The notes under the pieces: model-generated
Databases searched by the model: none
What the model was told of the DNA's origin: nothing
The model's input: only the letters and a program-made list of their open reading frames with translations
Position numbers and translations under genes: made by a program
Shown: positions 24,773-38,831 of the stretch, in pieces
Position numbering within the stretch: the first letter of the stretch is position 1
Layout of the letters: every line of letters begins with the position of its first letter
Assembly (NCBI GenBank): GCA_026023565.1
Contig: JAPETS010000036.1
Coordinates: 248,001 to 312,000 of the forward strand
Length of the DNA: 64,000 nt
Reading direction: 5' to 3'
Source: Cirrosporium novae-zelandiae
Lineage: Eukaryota

Positions 24773-26473
24773 TTATCATGGCATCTGAGTTCAGAGTTTA
24801 CATCAGTCAAAAGGTAGTTTGGAAATATGTAGTCGATTCTAACATGCATCTTCAAAATTAACATCTTTCAATATGGTATCAATGCTCGCAAAGACATTAG
24901 CTAAAATTAATCGAGGTTCAAAGAAATGGGCGGTGCAAAAATTCTGACACACGCAAGGCGATGGGCAATAAACCAACCACATATTTGCTGACGAGGCGGA
25001 GCAGGGAGAAGATGCAGACTCTGAGGTCTCGGTTATGGAACGGGAGTCTTGGATTATCAAGCAAAACAGTGTTTGCTGCTCCAAACATCTTCAACGAGAC
25101 CGAGAGTTCATATCAACCTTGCCTTGAAGAATTTCGCCATGCCACATTTCCGCCCTGTTCTACCCCCGCCTATCTTAGCTACCTAGGTACAGTACATAGG
25201 CGTTGCTAGACCCGCAACAGGGGATAGATGCCAACTATCTATGTGGAGGCGGCGGGCAATTCGACTCACTACATCGCTCTCCATCTATCTACCTGCTGGC
25301 ATAATGCGGCGCTCGTTAAGTAACGGAATGGTAAGAATCGATATCATACGTAGACTAAAGGTTCGCTTAAGACTCGGTGTAAATGCCTTTGATACAACGT
25401 TCTAATTCCTCGGATACGCGAAATGCGTTAATTAGAAAAGGCATTAAGAGTCATGTTCCATAATAACCCTTCTTGCAAGGTTATTGTTTATATAATGCAT
25501 ATACAACAAGCATACATCCATTTAACAGGGATAAGGCACAGAGGTCGAAGCCAACAAGAGATGAATATGGACGTAGTAGCAACAGAGTTTGCCTGTACTA
25601 CTCTGCTGATGTTTGCTACAGCACTATCCATGAGTTTTCTCAGGCCTTGTAATGGCGTGCATGTGCCAACTACGCCCGACATATAGGTGACAACTCGGAT
25701 GGACTACCTTCTCTGGTATCCACCAAACATCTTTGAAGGCAGTTGCTTTAAAATATGCAAGTTCATCCAGGATCTGTGGAGAGGGTAAGTTTAATTCTGG
25801 TGAGACGATACTCTTGTTGATTGCTTGACAACTGATGTGCTTTTCTCCAGTAAATAGTACAGATGTCAACGGCTGTGCAAGTCCGATCCAGATATGCTAA
25901 CCATATCATGTACTTTTTACTCTTTTGAACTATATTATAATATTGAAGAATAACATATGTAGGCTGATTGCTAGGCTGCTATTGATATTCATGCCGCAAC
26001 ACATCAGAAATAATCCTAATACAGGCCTTATGATATTTCTTTCTGGGGACTAACCCTGGCTGGAATCAATTAATCATGATGAACGCAGTGGTGATCTTAC
26101 CCTATGCCTCCTAAGTCGCTACGATCCTTGGACATGGCCATTCTCCGGGATTATGACCAAGATAGCCATACCTTCAAAGGACTAAGAGAATGTAAAAGCA
26201 CACCAGACAACTTCAAGGCTAATATGAACTGTTTGAAGTGGAAAAAGCTACCACCGCCCGGATTAGGTGGCAGTGACACGCAAACAGTTCTCTATACCTA
26301 TGTATTGTCAATCACTTTAAAAAGACATCCTTTCCCCCTCTTCTAGCTGCCAAGGCCCTCTTTCACTTTCAAAGCGAAATGTTTCTCTTCTGCTTTCAAT
26401 TTGTGTCGAAAATATTGTGATAAAAGTATCAACCTGTTATACTGTTACGAATCTTCTAGCACAATTCTGCAGT

Positions 26474-27257
26474 ATGTCAACCAATCTTAGCCAAGTGACG
26501 GCATCACCGCCAAAAACGAACGGCAAACAAATCACCTGCCCGAACTGCCGAGTAGTTTATCAAAACAATAAGGATTTCCGTCGTCATAATAGACCTGATA
26601 TGCCATGTCCCAAAAAGGGTTGCCGTGGAAGATTTCGTCGAGACAAAACTAGTACTTTCAAGAGGCATATTGCCACAAGCCACCCTGAGCTTAATCCAAG
26701 CCAAGTTGAAGATTATTCGAAAAGTATGCTGTTTCTTTTGAATCCACTCTAAATATGGAACTAGGGGAGCACAGCGAGCCTTGCGTTTTCATTATCGCAG
26801 TTAAACATTCATCCCATTATTTCGTGAGATCTCTAAGAGCTAATCTTGAATAGAATGGCGTTCTATTTCATGGAATTATATAGACAATCTTTGTCAGCCC
26901 AATTCTACCTCGTTTAAATCCAGCTCCAGCGCTGAACAACATCAAACGAACACACCCCCGCCTCTGGAAGATCAAGAACAGGATGGGCCAATCGCGCAGC
27001 AATCTAGTTCCCTCTCATATGAGAATATCGGCCCTTTGGCTGTAGATAGTTCCTATGGGCAGCAGCACGGCGACGCCCACCTGGTGGCTAGTAGCCACGA
27101 GGCCAGGCCAGCATTTCAGCCTTTCAGCGATACTCCTTTTTCTGGTCATCCGAACCCCCAACAATGGGATGGCTCAGCTTTGCAGTCGGAACCTGCTCGA
27201 AATACATCAAACTATCCTCCCGGCAATGATTACCTGGGATTTGGTGAGGAACTATAA
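26474..27257 (+). CDS. Zinc-finger protein, paralogue 1 of a local family (possibly truncated; frame stays open to 27404)
   Basis: CPNC-x12-H...CPKKGC-x14-H-x4-HPEL; intron 26724-26853; exon 2 starts WRSISWNYIDNLCQP. Confidence 0.72.
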
Positions 27258-29512
27258 TCTTTTAGGTCTTCTGCCGAAGGCTTAACTGGCGCCCTGGAAA
27301 GCTTGCTCCAAGGCAATGTTAGGGAGGAAAGCAACGTATCTGAGGATAGCAAGGGCCCATCAATGGCTGGGAACGGGGGATGCCAGCTCCAAGATGAGTG
27401 GTAACCGATGGTGCCACGCTTCTGGCCGTTTCAAGTGGCTTTGATAGCCGCATTTTTAAGGATTGGGGGAAATGTGTGACTCAAATTGAGACTTGTGGTT
27501 GGATATTCACGAAGCAAGGCTATAGTGAAAATGATTGGATTATTGAAGATTATCTCTTTTTGTTTGGGCTATAGATCGAATGACTTTGTCTTCTTATGCT
27601 GCGGATCAATTAGCTCGGCTTAGTTTCATGCAAAATGTCACGCTGCTCTAAGTCCAAATGGAAAAAATGAATGGTTCTGTATTTCAGGCACCCAAAGAAC
27701 TGTAAAAGGCATTTTAATGATATTTCACGCAAGTCTTACGTCTTTTCGGTGGATAGCTGCGTAGAACATGCCCATGCTAGAGCTGGAAAACTTCCCACAA
27801 AGAGATAAAGATTAATGGCCTGGTGCGATAATCAACAAGTCAAAATCGCCTCGTCATCCGGAGATGCTCAACCAAGCTGTGAAAAAGGCAACCAGCAGCA
27901 TCAGACAGCTATGCTAACCTCTAACAGGTTAAACAATCTGAAGGCGATCAATCGGATCATAGATGAACTAACCACAAGTAAAGACATTTTAACTTTTTTC
28001 TTAAATTTTCAAATCATAACTAGGATCACTTCAACTCAAGTTAACAACGAGAAAAAGGGCTTAGGAGATTAGATTGCCGCCCTCTTCTTAGTAGTACAAA
28101 CGACCCCGGTACATTGGTATCGCAACGAGGCATCCTAGACTGTTTTTGGACGTCCAAAAACTTCTTACCAGGATCTTCAACACGATTTATACCAAATTAG
28201 GAACAGTCATTCGAGTTTCAAAGTGATGCTTCCAATACGTAAACAGCATAACTAGGGTAGAGCGGAATATGATGTTTTTTCACGGGCATTGTACTAATTC
28301 TGTGACAGTTTCTCTAACCTGGCCTTCGAAAAAAGGACGAATAGACTAGCTAGAAACGACTGCAAGCAATCTCTGTGTGTCATCCGCTTCACTTTTACAA
28401 GCCCTGCTAGGTTGGTCGTCAGCAGCTGATAAGGCAAGAATAGGTAACGCGGAAGGAAGAGCGGGGCAATCAAAATGTCGACTTAAAATACAGATTTCTG
28501 CCAGCAAAAAAGTATGGTGAGGTTACTGAACAGTGCTTTAATTAGTGTGGATTAAAACTTTAGGTTAGATAGGGAGTTAATGCCTAACCACTAGGCCAAA
28601 AGCTACGACATAGGTAGCATATTGCATCTATTTCCTAGCAAATTTCTTTCTTCGCTCTTCGTCTATGACCGGCGGAAACAAAGCGTCAATTATCATTTTT
28701 GCTCTGAAACGGTGTGCCAGCACCCAGCAGCACCGAGGCACTAAGCAGGTCTAAATTAAGATCACTTGGCAATGTTTAGCCAGCCCCCTAACTTATTCAC
28801 CGCGCACACCGTGGAAATTCTTTTTGTTTCGCATGGAAGACATGGAAGAACTCTTGAAGATGCGGCTGTCCGACTCAGCTTTCATGATAGTTCCTGTCCT
28901 AGCCGTATTTTCAAGGGAATTTTATTACCTCATGCATAGGGAAATGATTTTTTGAAACTAATTATGATCAAGTTCACAGTATTTTATGAGGAAACAATAT
29001 TGGGATATTAGTTAGTACAATACAGCGCTTGTCTGACAGTGGCCATGGCGTATATGCTTAGTGCTTAGCACACGGCCATTATGACAACCAAGCACGTGCC
29101 ATAAGACCCACTTCTTTAGAGCTGGTCTAACCTTAATTTAGTGACGGGAACTTTGATAATCTCGGATTAATCATTGACCGAGTAAGTTCTACCATGGTCT
29201 ATCACGCTCACTACTGTAACATGCAATCCAGAGAATGAAAATGATAAATAACATAGCCATGAAAACTTATCTAGCACTATGTAAGAGAAACGCGAATTAA
29301 TGATGACTTGAAGCCTAGACGAGTACTTATGCTAGGTGGTCCGAGGATCTATCTAATCGCTATCCCATGCTACCCCACTCTTCCCCTCTATCAGCCACTA
29401 TAAGTTATGGGTACCTACCACAGTGGCTATTTAGTAATAACCTACATCTATACATTTTATAATAATACTGTTGTCCTATAGAAACGTCGCTACCTAGAGT
29501 ATCAATCTTGCC

Positions 29513-30629
29513 ATGCCTGCCATTGAAGACCTTCTCGTATGTACAGCTTGCGGCACCCAATTCAGCGTCGACGCCTCCTCCAAGAAATCATCATGCCGCA
29601 TCTGCGATGACCCTAGGCAGTTTGTTCCACCCAGTGGACAGAAATTTACTACGCTGAGGGACATGAAAGGGATATATCAGAACAAATGGATGCAAGATGA
29701 GTTCGATGAAAGGATATGGAGTATTTGGACAGAGCCCAAGGCAAGTGTGATTCATTTCACCTGCTTAGTTATAGGGGAATGGACAATTGATTCGTAGATT
29801 CATCGAAGCCTTCAGTTTGCAATTGGCCAGCGATGTCTACTGCTTCGCACACCACATGGGAACATCTTATGGGACTTGATTACCTATCTTGATGAGCCAA
29901 CTATCAATTGGGTATGCTTGAAAGATTCCATGGATCTACAATTGTAAACTGAAGGGCAAAATCCGCAGATAAACTCCCTCGGTGGCCTAACTGCCATTCT
30001 GATCTCTCATCCTCACTATTACACCACCCATGCGTACTGGGCTTCAACATTTGGTTGTCCAGTATATACTCATTCCGAAGATTCCTTTTGGCTTGAACCT
30101 GTTACAAGGTTTCCGTCGCCTGTGGCCAACGCCGACTGTCGGTTAATTAAGGGGGCAACAGAGGAAATTGTCAGAGGAGTAACGGGTGTGCGATGCGGTG
30201 GTCACTTTGATGGTAGTCTGGTGTGCCATTGGCAGGATGCGAAATCTCTATTTATTGCGGATACTCTGGTTACAGCTCCGGTGAGTTTCTAGATGTTTAT
30301 CTTGGTTTTTCTTCCCTTCTAATGGACCTTCAAACATCTAGTCGGCACTTAACCCACACACGGAATCATCGACCCCGGCTCCAGGAACGGGCCGCAATTC
30401 TTACTCTTTTCTATGGAGTATTCCGAACATGATCCCCTTACCTCCAACAGCCATACAAAAGATCTGGGAAGCATTGCGGCCATTCGAATTCGAACAGACA
30501 TATGGGGCTTTTGTTGGGACAGATGTTCGGGATAAGCAGTGTAAGGAAAGGGTGTTGGAAAGCATGAAAATTGTAGTGAGAGGAATGGGATGGCATGATG
30601 TCCAGATACTCACAGAAAATATGCCATAA
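29513..30629 (+). CDS. Metallo-beta-lactamase-fold hydrolase with an N-terminal Cys4 motif
   Basis: CTACGTQF...CRICDDPRQFVP, TEPK/FAIGQR, GNILWD, ISHPHYYT, GGHFDGS, IADTL, SFLWSIPNMIPL, YGAF. First intron is GC-AG (29741-29815). Confidence 0.9.
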
Positions 30630-32881
30630 ACCTATAATTACTCGTGCTGCTGTAAAGTGGCTAGTTAGTACATTCAGGAGTAACAAAGTATCCCTACTAA
30701 ACTACTTTAAAGCATGTGATATTGGAGGGGAACCTGGTCATAGCATCTATCTATACCTAACTTTAAATCATCATCACCATCATCTACTTTGTCTTTTTCC
30801 CAATTGTTTTTTTTGTGGTTCATCCTCCGGTTCTTCTTCCATTTCCATATCCTTCCTGCCTTGCTCTTCATTAAGTCCCAGACGACTCCCGCGTTCCCCT
30901 GGTTTCGCCTCGATGCACAATGCCACGAATTCACCAACCACAACCCTCAATTTACTACTCAGACGATGCATTCTGTTAGTCGAGACACTCGATATTAATA
31001 TCTTTGATATTGGACAAATTCTGCTCAATAACGAAAAGGTTTGGAGTAAAATGTATAAAGTCAATCTGGCCGCAAAGTATGCCGTCGCCAGCCGATTCAA
31101 CGATATTATTTCGGTTTATGTATACACTTAGTTGGAGTGATCAATCGCCCTGGGATATGATGTTTTAGGAATTAAAGTCCGTATTATTGTGTGGGAACTA
31201 CCTACGAAAGGAATCTGGGTTATTTACAACGACCTGTTCCATCAGGTTACATGCTTCATGCATAGGAATTGCTCCTCGAAATGAAATAAAGCAAGATTGT
31301 GCCACTATGGAAAGCAAGAGTCTCAATCGACCTATGCTCGATGGCATGATTCCCTGAGAAAATGTTACCATCATCGATCCACTTTCAGATGAAAGGTATG
31401 CTGTGGGATCACTTTCAAGTTTCCAAAACAGCAGGGTGTACGAAGCGAAGGATAAAGATCATTAGTAAGATAAATCCGGAAAAGATCTCTCTACGTACAT
31501 GTACAACATATCGGATTCATTAGGAATTGCTGGAACAACCCAAGCTGTAGCCGTGCTGGTTCTCTCGGGTTATGGTAGAGAGAAAATTAACAAACCACCC
31601 GCTGTGGCGAAGCGTGACCATACAATCGCTATAGAGGGTTGATTTATCCAACACACGCTGTAAAACCATCCTTACCGTCACCGTCTGCGCATTATTCTCA
31701 AACAAAATATTCGTGTTATAGAGTCCCATCTAAACCACGCAGCTCAAATTCTGCGTTTTTCTCTCACAGTAATGCCGTCACTGAAGCTCGAACCGATAGA
31801 ATCCCTCGAATATCCAATTACCTTAATATGGAAATTGTGCAGCCTAGATCGTCCTGAGCGTTTCAGGCTCATCATTAATAGCCAAATAACTGGGAGGTAC
31901 CGTAGAGGTAGGGTTGTACGAATGCCGAAGGGAGAGGAAGTAGGGCATTATTAGTATTATGCCCTAAAACTAACTTCCAATGTCATGCGCTTGCAGGGGG
32001 GGTAATGCTGAAAGGCTTATCGGTCCAATGATAAGATCTTGAGGCTCAATGCTATTCATCAAAGAACTTGATGCCTGACTCTGCCTGAAAATGGTTATCT
32101 GACCTATTATAATCCTTACATGATACCCCTAGTTCATGGTTCATGGTTCGTGGTCTTTTAGGCTAGTGAAAGCCCAACTCAAGTAGTGTGCCCCAATGGT
32201 TCGAGCGACAGTGGCACGGAACGGGCCGGAAATTCTCCATGGCCTTACCAGCTGCATTAGCGGTCGGATTATGGATTTGAGGTTGCCGTGGTCACATGAT
32301 CTTTCTAGAACGCATTCTTATTTCGACTACATTATGTAATCGTAGCGAAGATTAAAATACCTTTGAAAACCGTAAAGTCATCTCTCTCTCTATCGATATT
32401 CATGTGTATCAGAAATATATTGCACGTGCGACCGAAGGGCTATGGCTCTTGCACATAGTTCGATATGATAGGCTTTGGTGACACAGGTTTCAACGTGGCT
32501 TGTGCGGCACAGTTAATCGCCGTACTAACCGCTGAATAGAGTCTGCCTTATTCGAGTCGCTTCAATGCAGGCCGTGCGGAATATCAAATGCGTATTGGGT
32601 GCTTAAATGGTTTGCATAACCTTTTCGTTTTCTTGAGGTCCTAACTTTCCCTACAGGTGTTGCCAGCTAACCCCGCTTTTGTCGAACACCTCAGTCCGTG
32701 CAGGTCCTCTTAAAACGGGGGACACCACTTCTGTAGGGATGGCAAGGCAGCCTCAGTCATTTTTAACTTCCTACATGTGGTCCTTTCTATATTTAAGGAT
32801 CTTGTAGCCCCCATCTTGTTTTCTTTCTATTGTTTTTTTCTACTAGCCTTACTCGCATTTATTTGTCCAAATACTTCGAAC

Positions 32882-33951
32882 ATGCATGAAACATCTAATC
32901 CATATAGCGCTCTCTTGCAACCCCCTCAAGATTATTATCAAGGAGATGTCTCTAAAAGGGATGTTCAGCCTGGCTATATTTTATTCATCAAGAAACGAGA
33001 ACGCATAGAGACTAGATATTTTGAGGAATCTGGGATAGATGAGGGCGGTCTTCGTCACCCATGTCTGGTCATCGCGAAGCCTAACAAAGATAACCGTGTT
33101 GCTATTCTTCCTGTACAGACGCATTCACCATTCACTACCTCTCTCTGAATTGTAAATAAGACTGATACAAAAAGCAGATGACAAGTTTTGGATCCCAGAC
33201 AGTCCAGGAGCGCTACCCACGAAAAAAGGACAAATGGAAGCTCCAAAATTTCATCCCCATTCATCCCCGCGGCCTACACGATCCATGGCATGTTGAACTC
33301 CGGACCAGAATCCCAAACGCCTTGAAGGTGGCTGGGTATGTAAATATTCAAAGGGTATACCAAGTTCATATCAGCATGCTCCGGTTATACGAGTGGGACA
33401 ACCCCGCTGGATACTATGCTCTGGATGAGCAATCCTTGCTTTTCGTGTTCAAGACCCTGAAGTGCCACCCCAGTACCAGGAAGCCTATCCAGGGACTCGG
33501 CACCATCCTTCTCGATCCGCCGACCACTACCACTTCTGTAGTGGCTGCAAAACTACCACCACGAACAACACACAACTACACAACATATACACCAGTAGTA
33601 TCACCAACAACACAAGAATACTATCATCATCCCCCAAGTGCAACAACGAGGGAACCACCACCACCATCTCAACCTCCATCCTATAACACGAACACGCCCT
33701 ACTACACCACCACCACCACCACAAACTATCACCAACCAAGAAGAAACCCAACCTCATTATGGAGTAGTAGCAGCAGGACTTTGGAGGAACAACAACAACA
33801 ATCCGCCACCACACGACCTCTTCTCGGACATTTGCATGGCGAAGAAGAAGACCAGACCTCATCTTCCCCTTCCGATTCTACTTCCTGCAATCCCTTTTTC
33901 CTTGTTTTAATCGTCGTGGTTGTGGTTGTGGTTGTATCTATGAATGTTTAG
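32882..33951 (+). CDS. Hypothetical protein: PemK/MazF-like N-terminal domain, T/P/Q-rich linker, C-terminal hydrophobic tail
   Basis: ATG 32882, intron 33113-33177. VQPGYILFI...RHPCLVI...VAILP/MTSF...FIPIHP...GYVNIQRVYQVHISML; ends FFLVLIVVVVVVVVSMNV. Confidence 0.7.
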
Positions 33952-36130
33952 GGGGGGCGGGGGGGCGTATATAAATAAAGTCTGCATCTTTTTAAACAAA
34001 TAGTCTATTATGTAAATATAAACCCTTAGGATATATATCATTGAAATTGAAAAATTTAAAATTTAAAATTTCCTTCCTGTTATTAATTTATTCTCTTAAC
34101 CCCCCCTGGGCCTCCCCTAATCTAATCCAATCTAAATCTAATCTAATCGTCTGATGATTGGAAAGAAAGAAAGAAAGAAAGAAAAGATGAACTCTCGAGG
34201 CCTTTCTTTCTTTATTAATTATCTACAGTAATTAGAACTACACCCACGATCACTCCTACTGTATTATTTATTTATTTATTTATTCCGAGGTCAGGTCAGG
34301 TCAGGTCAAGTCAGGTCACTAATAGCAATAATAACAAAAATCACTTCCTTCCGATTGGGCAATCGGCATTGGCATTGGCATTGGCATTGACATCGGCATC
34401 GGGTCCAAAACCCAAAACCCCAAACCCCAAACCCCAAACGGCTACGACTGTGTATACTCCTCATCCTCATCCTTATCCTCAGCCTTATCATTAACTCGAG
34501 TAAGTCAGTCAGGTCAATCCCGGGTCCATTATAACGACCCCAGAAATCACAATGGCCCCCCCTCCATTCATAATAATAATAATAAAAATAAAAAAAAAAA
34601 AAAAAAAAAAAAACAGTAATCCCTTAACGAAACGTTTTACTTTTAGATATTTACTCTGGTTTTTTTTTACCTTTTTTTTTTGTATTTTTTATTTTTTTAT
34701 TTTTTATTTTTGTTGTTGTGAAATATCAATTCCACTAAATGGTTCGTTCGGGGAAGAAAAGGGTGCGTCACAAGTAGTTGTATTTCCTTGAGGACTTACT
34801 AAAGGATTAGTAAGTCAGCCCTGGCCCTAGTCTAGGCGCCTGAGGCACACATGCGGCCTCTCTACGGTCGGCCTACTACTAAGTGGACCTCCTAGGATAT
34901 TATTTACAACAATTTTCTATTTAAAGCTAGCTTCTTCCCTTCTCTTCCCCTCCCTTTCTTTCTTTCTTTGGCACACACACCTTGGTTGTTTGTTGTATGG
35001 AGGAATAAATGGTAAATGGTGAATGGTGAATGGTAAAGGTAATAAATATTTTTTGGGAAGTTAGGGAGGGTTAGGAGGTATGGTGGTGTAGATGGTATAG
35101 ATGGTGTAGATGGTGTAGATGGTATAGATGGTGTGGTGTAGTGTAATTAGGGTTGGGTATATATTGTATGGTATCCTAAAACCGGGATAATCCGATCAAG
35201 TTAACGACTAGCGAGCGGATGGGTATATCCATCCCCAAAGTCCCTTTTGGGTTTAGTTAGGGTTAAGAGAGGAGTGTATTTTGTTTTATTTTGTCTTACC
35301 TTACCTTGCCCTGTCCTGTCCTATCCTATCCTATCCTATCCTATCTTCCTTTTAAAATTTGAACCAAACCCAATCCACTCCCCCCCTTCCCCTTCCCCTT
35401 CCCCAAAAAGGAAATATAAAGAAAAAAGGTTAAAATCTCGGCCCAGTCCAAAGTCACGCAAAGAAATGGTAGTCTAGCGAGCGAGAATATGAAGCGTTTG
35501 TTGTATTTGAGTATTTTTGCCAAAACATGCAAGTATTACAAGTATTACAAAGTACCAACCGGGGATTAAAAGCTAAAAAAGACCCCAGCGTGCTCGGCAT
35601 TTATGATTGATTAACCTGTCAAACACCTACAGGACTTACTCCTGGAAGTTACCGAACCCATTATTCATTAAGCAATGAGTCATTAGCCACAACAACCTCA
35701 TTCCCTCGCTTAGACCCATACCTGAACCTAACCTAACCCCCCCCCCCCCTCCTGCAAATATTACCATGTAGCTGAAACTAAGCAACCAACTAGCCATATG
35801 TTATAATAGCAGCCTCCCTTGAAGAAAAGAAATAGCATGAACTTAGTAACCCCCCCCTTATTATGGTGCAACGGGTAGGGAAATGCAAAACTGGGTTTAC
35901 ATTTTTCTATTCCCCGTGAAGGGGTTTTTTTTTCCCCTCTCCTTCATTTCTTATCATCATTACCACCACCGCCATTATTGTAGTGCAAACGAGAAAAAAA
36001 CCCGCAAAAAACAAAGGGTAGCAACCCTACAACCATCCCAGCCCCCCCCTCTGGCGTCAGTGCGAAAGTGGGTGGGGGTGTTCAGAAGCACGCCCTCATT
36101 GCATTTCAAGATTGTTTTTCCCTTCGCCCC
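33952..36130. repeat. Microsatellite/low-complexity island 2
   Basis: (GAAA)n, (TTTA)n, (GGTCA)n, (GGCATT)n, poly-A 34590-34613, (GATGGTRTA)n, (CCTAT)n, poly-C. Confidence 0.8.
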
Positions 36131-37854
36131 AAGTTGAAGGGGTGGCTGAGCATGCTATTTTTTTCTGCGTTGGCTAGCACTTACCCATTCACTGAGGTCA
36201 ACTTAGCTGTAAGTTTTGTATGCGGATAGCGTGATTAGCGTGATGGTGGTATTCCGGTTTAAGGTCCAATACTTATTTGCCTCACGGAGAGGGATAAGGG
36301 GGAGGGGTGGCTTTTGATATGAATTTGCCGGAAATAGTCAGTTGCAGGTAACTAAGAAGCAAATGGCGAGGATCCAGGGTCAATTGATGGGTTGGTGCGC
36401 TGATTATCAGCCAGGCCGTGCGCCTGACTATATTCTGACGGGGTGTATGTCATTGGTCTGCTCTTTTATGCTTGGTTATCGGCGAGCCGGCAACAGCTGA
36501 GAACAAACCTTGTTCCTTGTCACTTCGCTCTTCCCCTACCTTGCTCGTTTTCGGCATCCTTCCGAGCCGATATTTACCTGGGAGTAACCTTATTCACCGA
36601 CGTATAATTCCCTGAGGGAACAGGACATCGCCCTTAAGCATCGGATACCTTTGTACTTAGTTCCAATTCGAGGATAATTGGAATTGACAATTAAAAGGAA
36701 TCATTAAGCTGCTTAAACTGGAAAGGTTTAGGAATTGATACGATATGATGTGTCTAGTTTGATTCCTGCAGGGTGGTTCATGGATGAAAGATATGGCTGG
36801 ATGGAAGGTTGTAGACACGTTTTGGGGAAGAGGCACCGGAGAAGGCGTTGGGCTCTGCAGATTCCCAACTGTCTGATTAGCGACATTATAACAACCTCGA
36901 GCAATTACAGGAGGCTATTTGAGCCTTACTTGTGTAACGTCGTTTTATGACCGTATGTGGCTGCACATGTGGGCACATCCGCTCAGCTAAAGTGGTTTAA
37001 ATGTCAATTTTGTTAATATTGTCTGAGTGTCCAATATCCACAACTCAGGATTGGTTTTATTGGTGATCGTCTGGATTTCCACACCGCATGTCAGCACCGT
37101 GACATGGCATTTAGATCTTATGTCATTATCAGGTATTACTCTTCAAAGTCATAACCCCTCAAATCGCGAAAGCCACAATTCGGCTTAAGTTTACTGTAAA
37201 CTGTTCGCAATATAGATCACAGACTAATTAGTACCAATAAACAACCATTATAATAAAAGCCTGGGCGGATATAATGAGGTATTTGACTTAATATGCTGCA
37301 GCTCTTTGCACATCGACTTGTTTTAAATAGGGTGATAGTTATGACTATGGTATTATAAGTAACAATAATTGAGGTTTTTATATGATGCGGTTTCTAATAG
37401 TCAATAGCCCGAAAAGGAAGGACGGCTCGATGGACTTGGCTCGCAGGGGCATGCGTGTACGTGGCAAGTGCACTCGGAATTACGAACGGATAATATAGAA
37501 TTCGTGATATGAAATTGAATAGCTTTCTCAGATCAGGGGTTGATTCGGTTTCCAGAGGTCTTATAGTGTATGTCTAGAGGATGTCAAGAAAGCTTGAGGA
37601 GCAGCTTTACCAATGAAATGCGGAGCCCTCATGAGCGCGCTAAGAATTGGCGGCAAGGAATAAAAACCAAGCTGGGTTGTCCATGTGTTGTCGCTATTAT
37701 GTGATAAGATATTGTCTAGCACCTGTGAGTATTAACTTGTTTCTAACACGGAAGGTTCTTCATTCAGCTGTCGCATTTATCCACCAAGCCCCCCCCCCTC
37801 CCCATAGGAAAGAAATTACGTACTAAGTTACACATCTCTTTTTTCTTCTGAAGG

Positions 37855-38831
37855 ATGTCAAACAATTTTGAACAGACGACTTTGCCGTACACGGGCAGGT
37901 CTCATATCTTTTGCGAAAATTGCGGAGAAAGGTATATGAATCAAAAGAATTTCCTTCGTCATATACGTCCATATGTTTCGTGTCCCAAAAGGGGATGTCC
38001 CAAAGAATTCCGGAAAGACAAAGTCTCAACAATCCGGAAACATTTCAGAGACGAGCATCCAGAACTAGAAAAGGGCGACGTTGATAAATTCTTGGAAGGT
38101 ATACCTCCAGCTTTCTAGTGTGCTTCAGTCCAAGGCAAAAGTCAGAAAAGCATGTTAGATCGCGAAGATCCTTAATATCCCGCTGGGAACTTATCTTGCA
38201 TATCCTAAGATGGCTTATTTCATACGTCTGCATATAAATCAACGAAAACTAACATTATTCCATAGAGTGGACCTCCAGACCGTGGCCCGTTATCAAAAAT
38301 CTTTGTAAACCAAAAGACTATTCGACCAAACCCAACGACGTTCCTGTACCACCTGAGGAAAGCAGGCTTCCTCAAATTGCGTCTGGTTCTGAGACAAATT
38401 CCCAGTGGCCAGGTCCTCGGATTATCGAAAATTCCCAGTTGTTGGCTGGTGACAACCGAGAATATAATCAACAATTTTTTACAGAATTCGAAACTACCGC
38501 CCACACTGCTGAATCAGTATCGCTATCGAATTTTGGTAGCTTCAAGCCCAGTCTGGAACATCTCGTTGACAACCAAGAGTACAAGCAATCGCCACCTTCG
38601 GCACGAGCCAACAACTTATTCAGCTATAACCTCGGTAACAATGGCATGAATGCTAGTGAAATTGGCACAGGAAATGGTGGTGCAGACTCTGATGTTGATC
38701 TTGCTTCCTGGCTCTCTACTTTCCCAGCGACACAATTTGACCCGAGGTGTTTAAATAATGGAAATGTAGGCAATAGTCACCATGCATCGAGCAGTGACAA
38801 TGTTGGATACCAGCGTGGGTTCAGACAGTAG
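37855..38831 (+). CDS. Zinc-finger protein, paralogue 2
   Basis: CENC-x12-H...CPKRGC-x14-H-x4-HPEL; intron 38099-38265; exon 2 starts WTSRPWPVIKNLCKP and runs in frame into ORF 38439-38831. Confidence 0.75.

Noticed and set aside
30595..31131. Overlapping ORFs of 69-178 aa on both strands
   Set aside because: No recognisable motifs or convincing splice structure; they overlap the MBL gene's 3' region.
32160..32300. Possible RNase P/MRP RNA suggested by GGAAATTC
   Set aside because: No matching partner helix or other conserved regions were found; an Infernal/Rfam scan would be needed.
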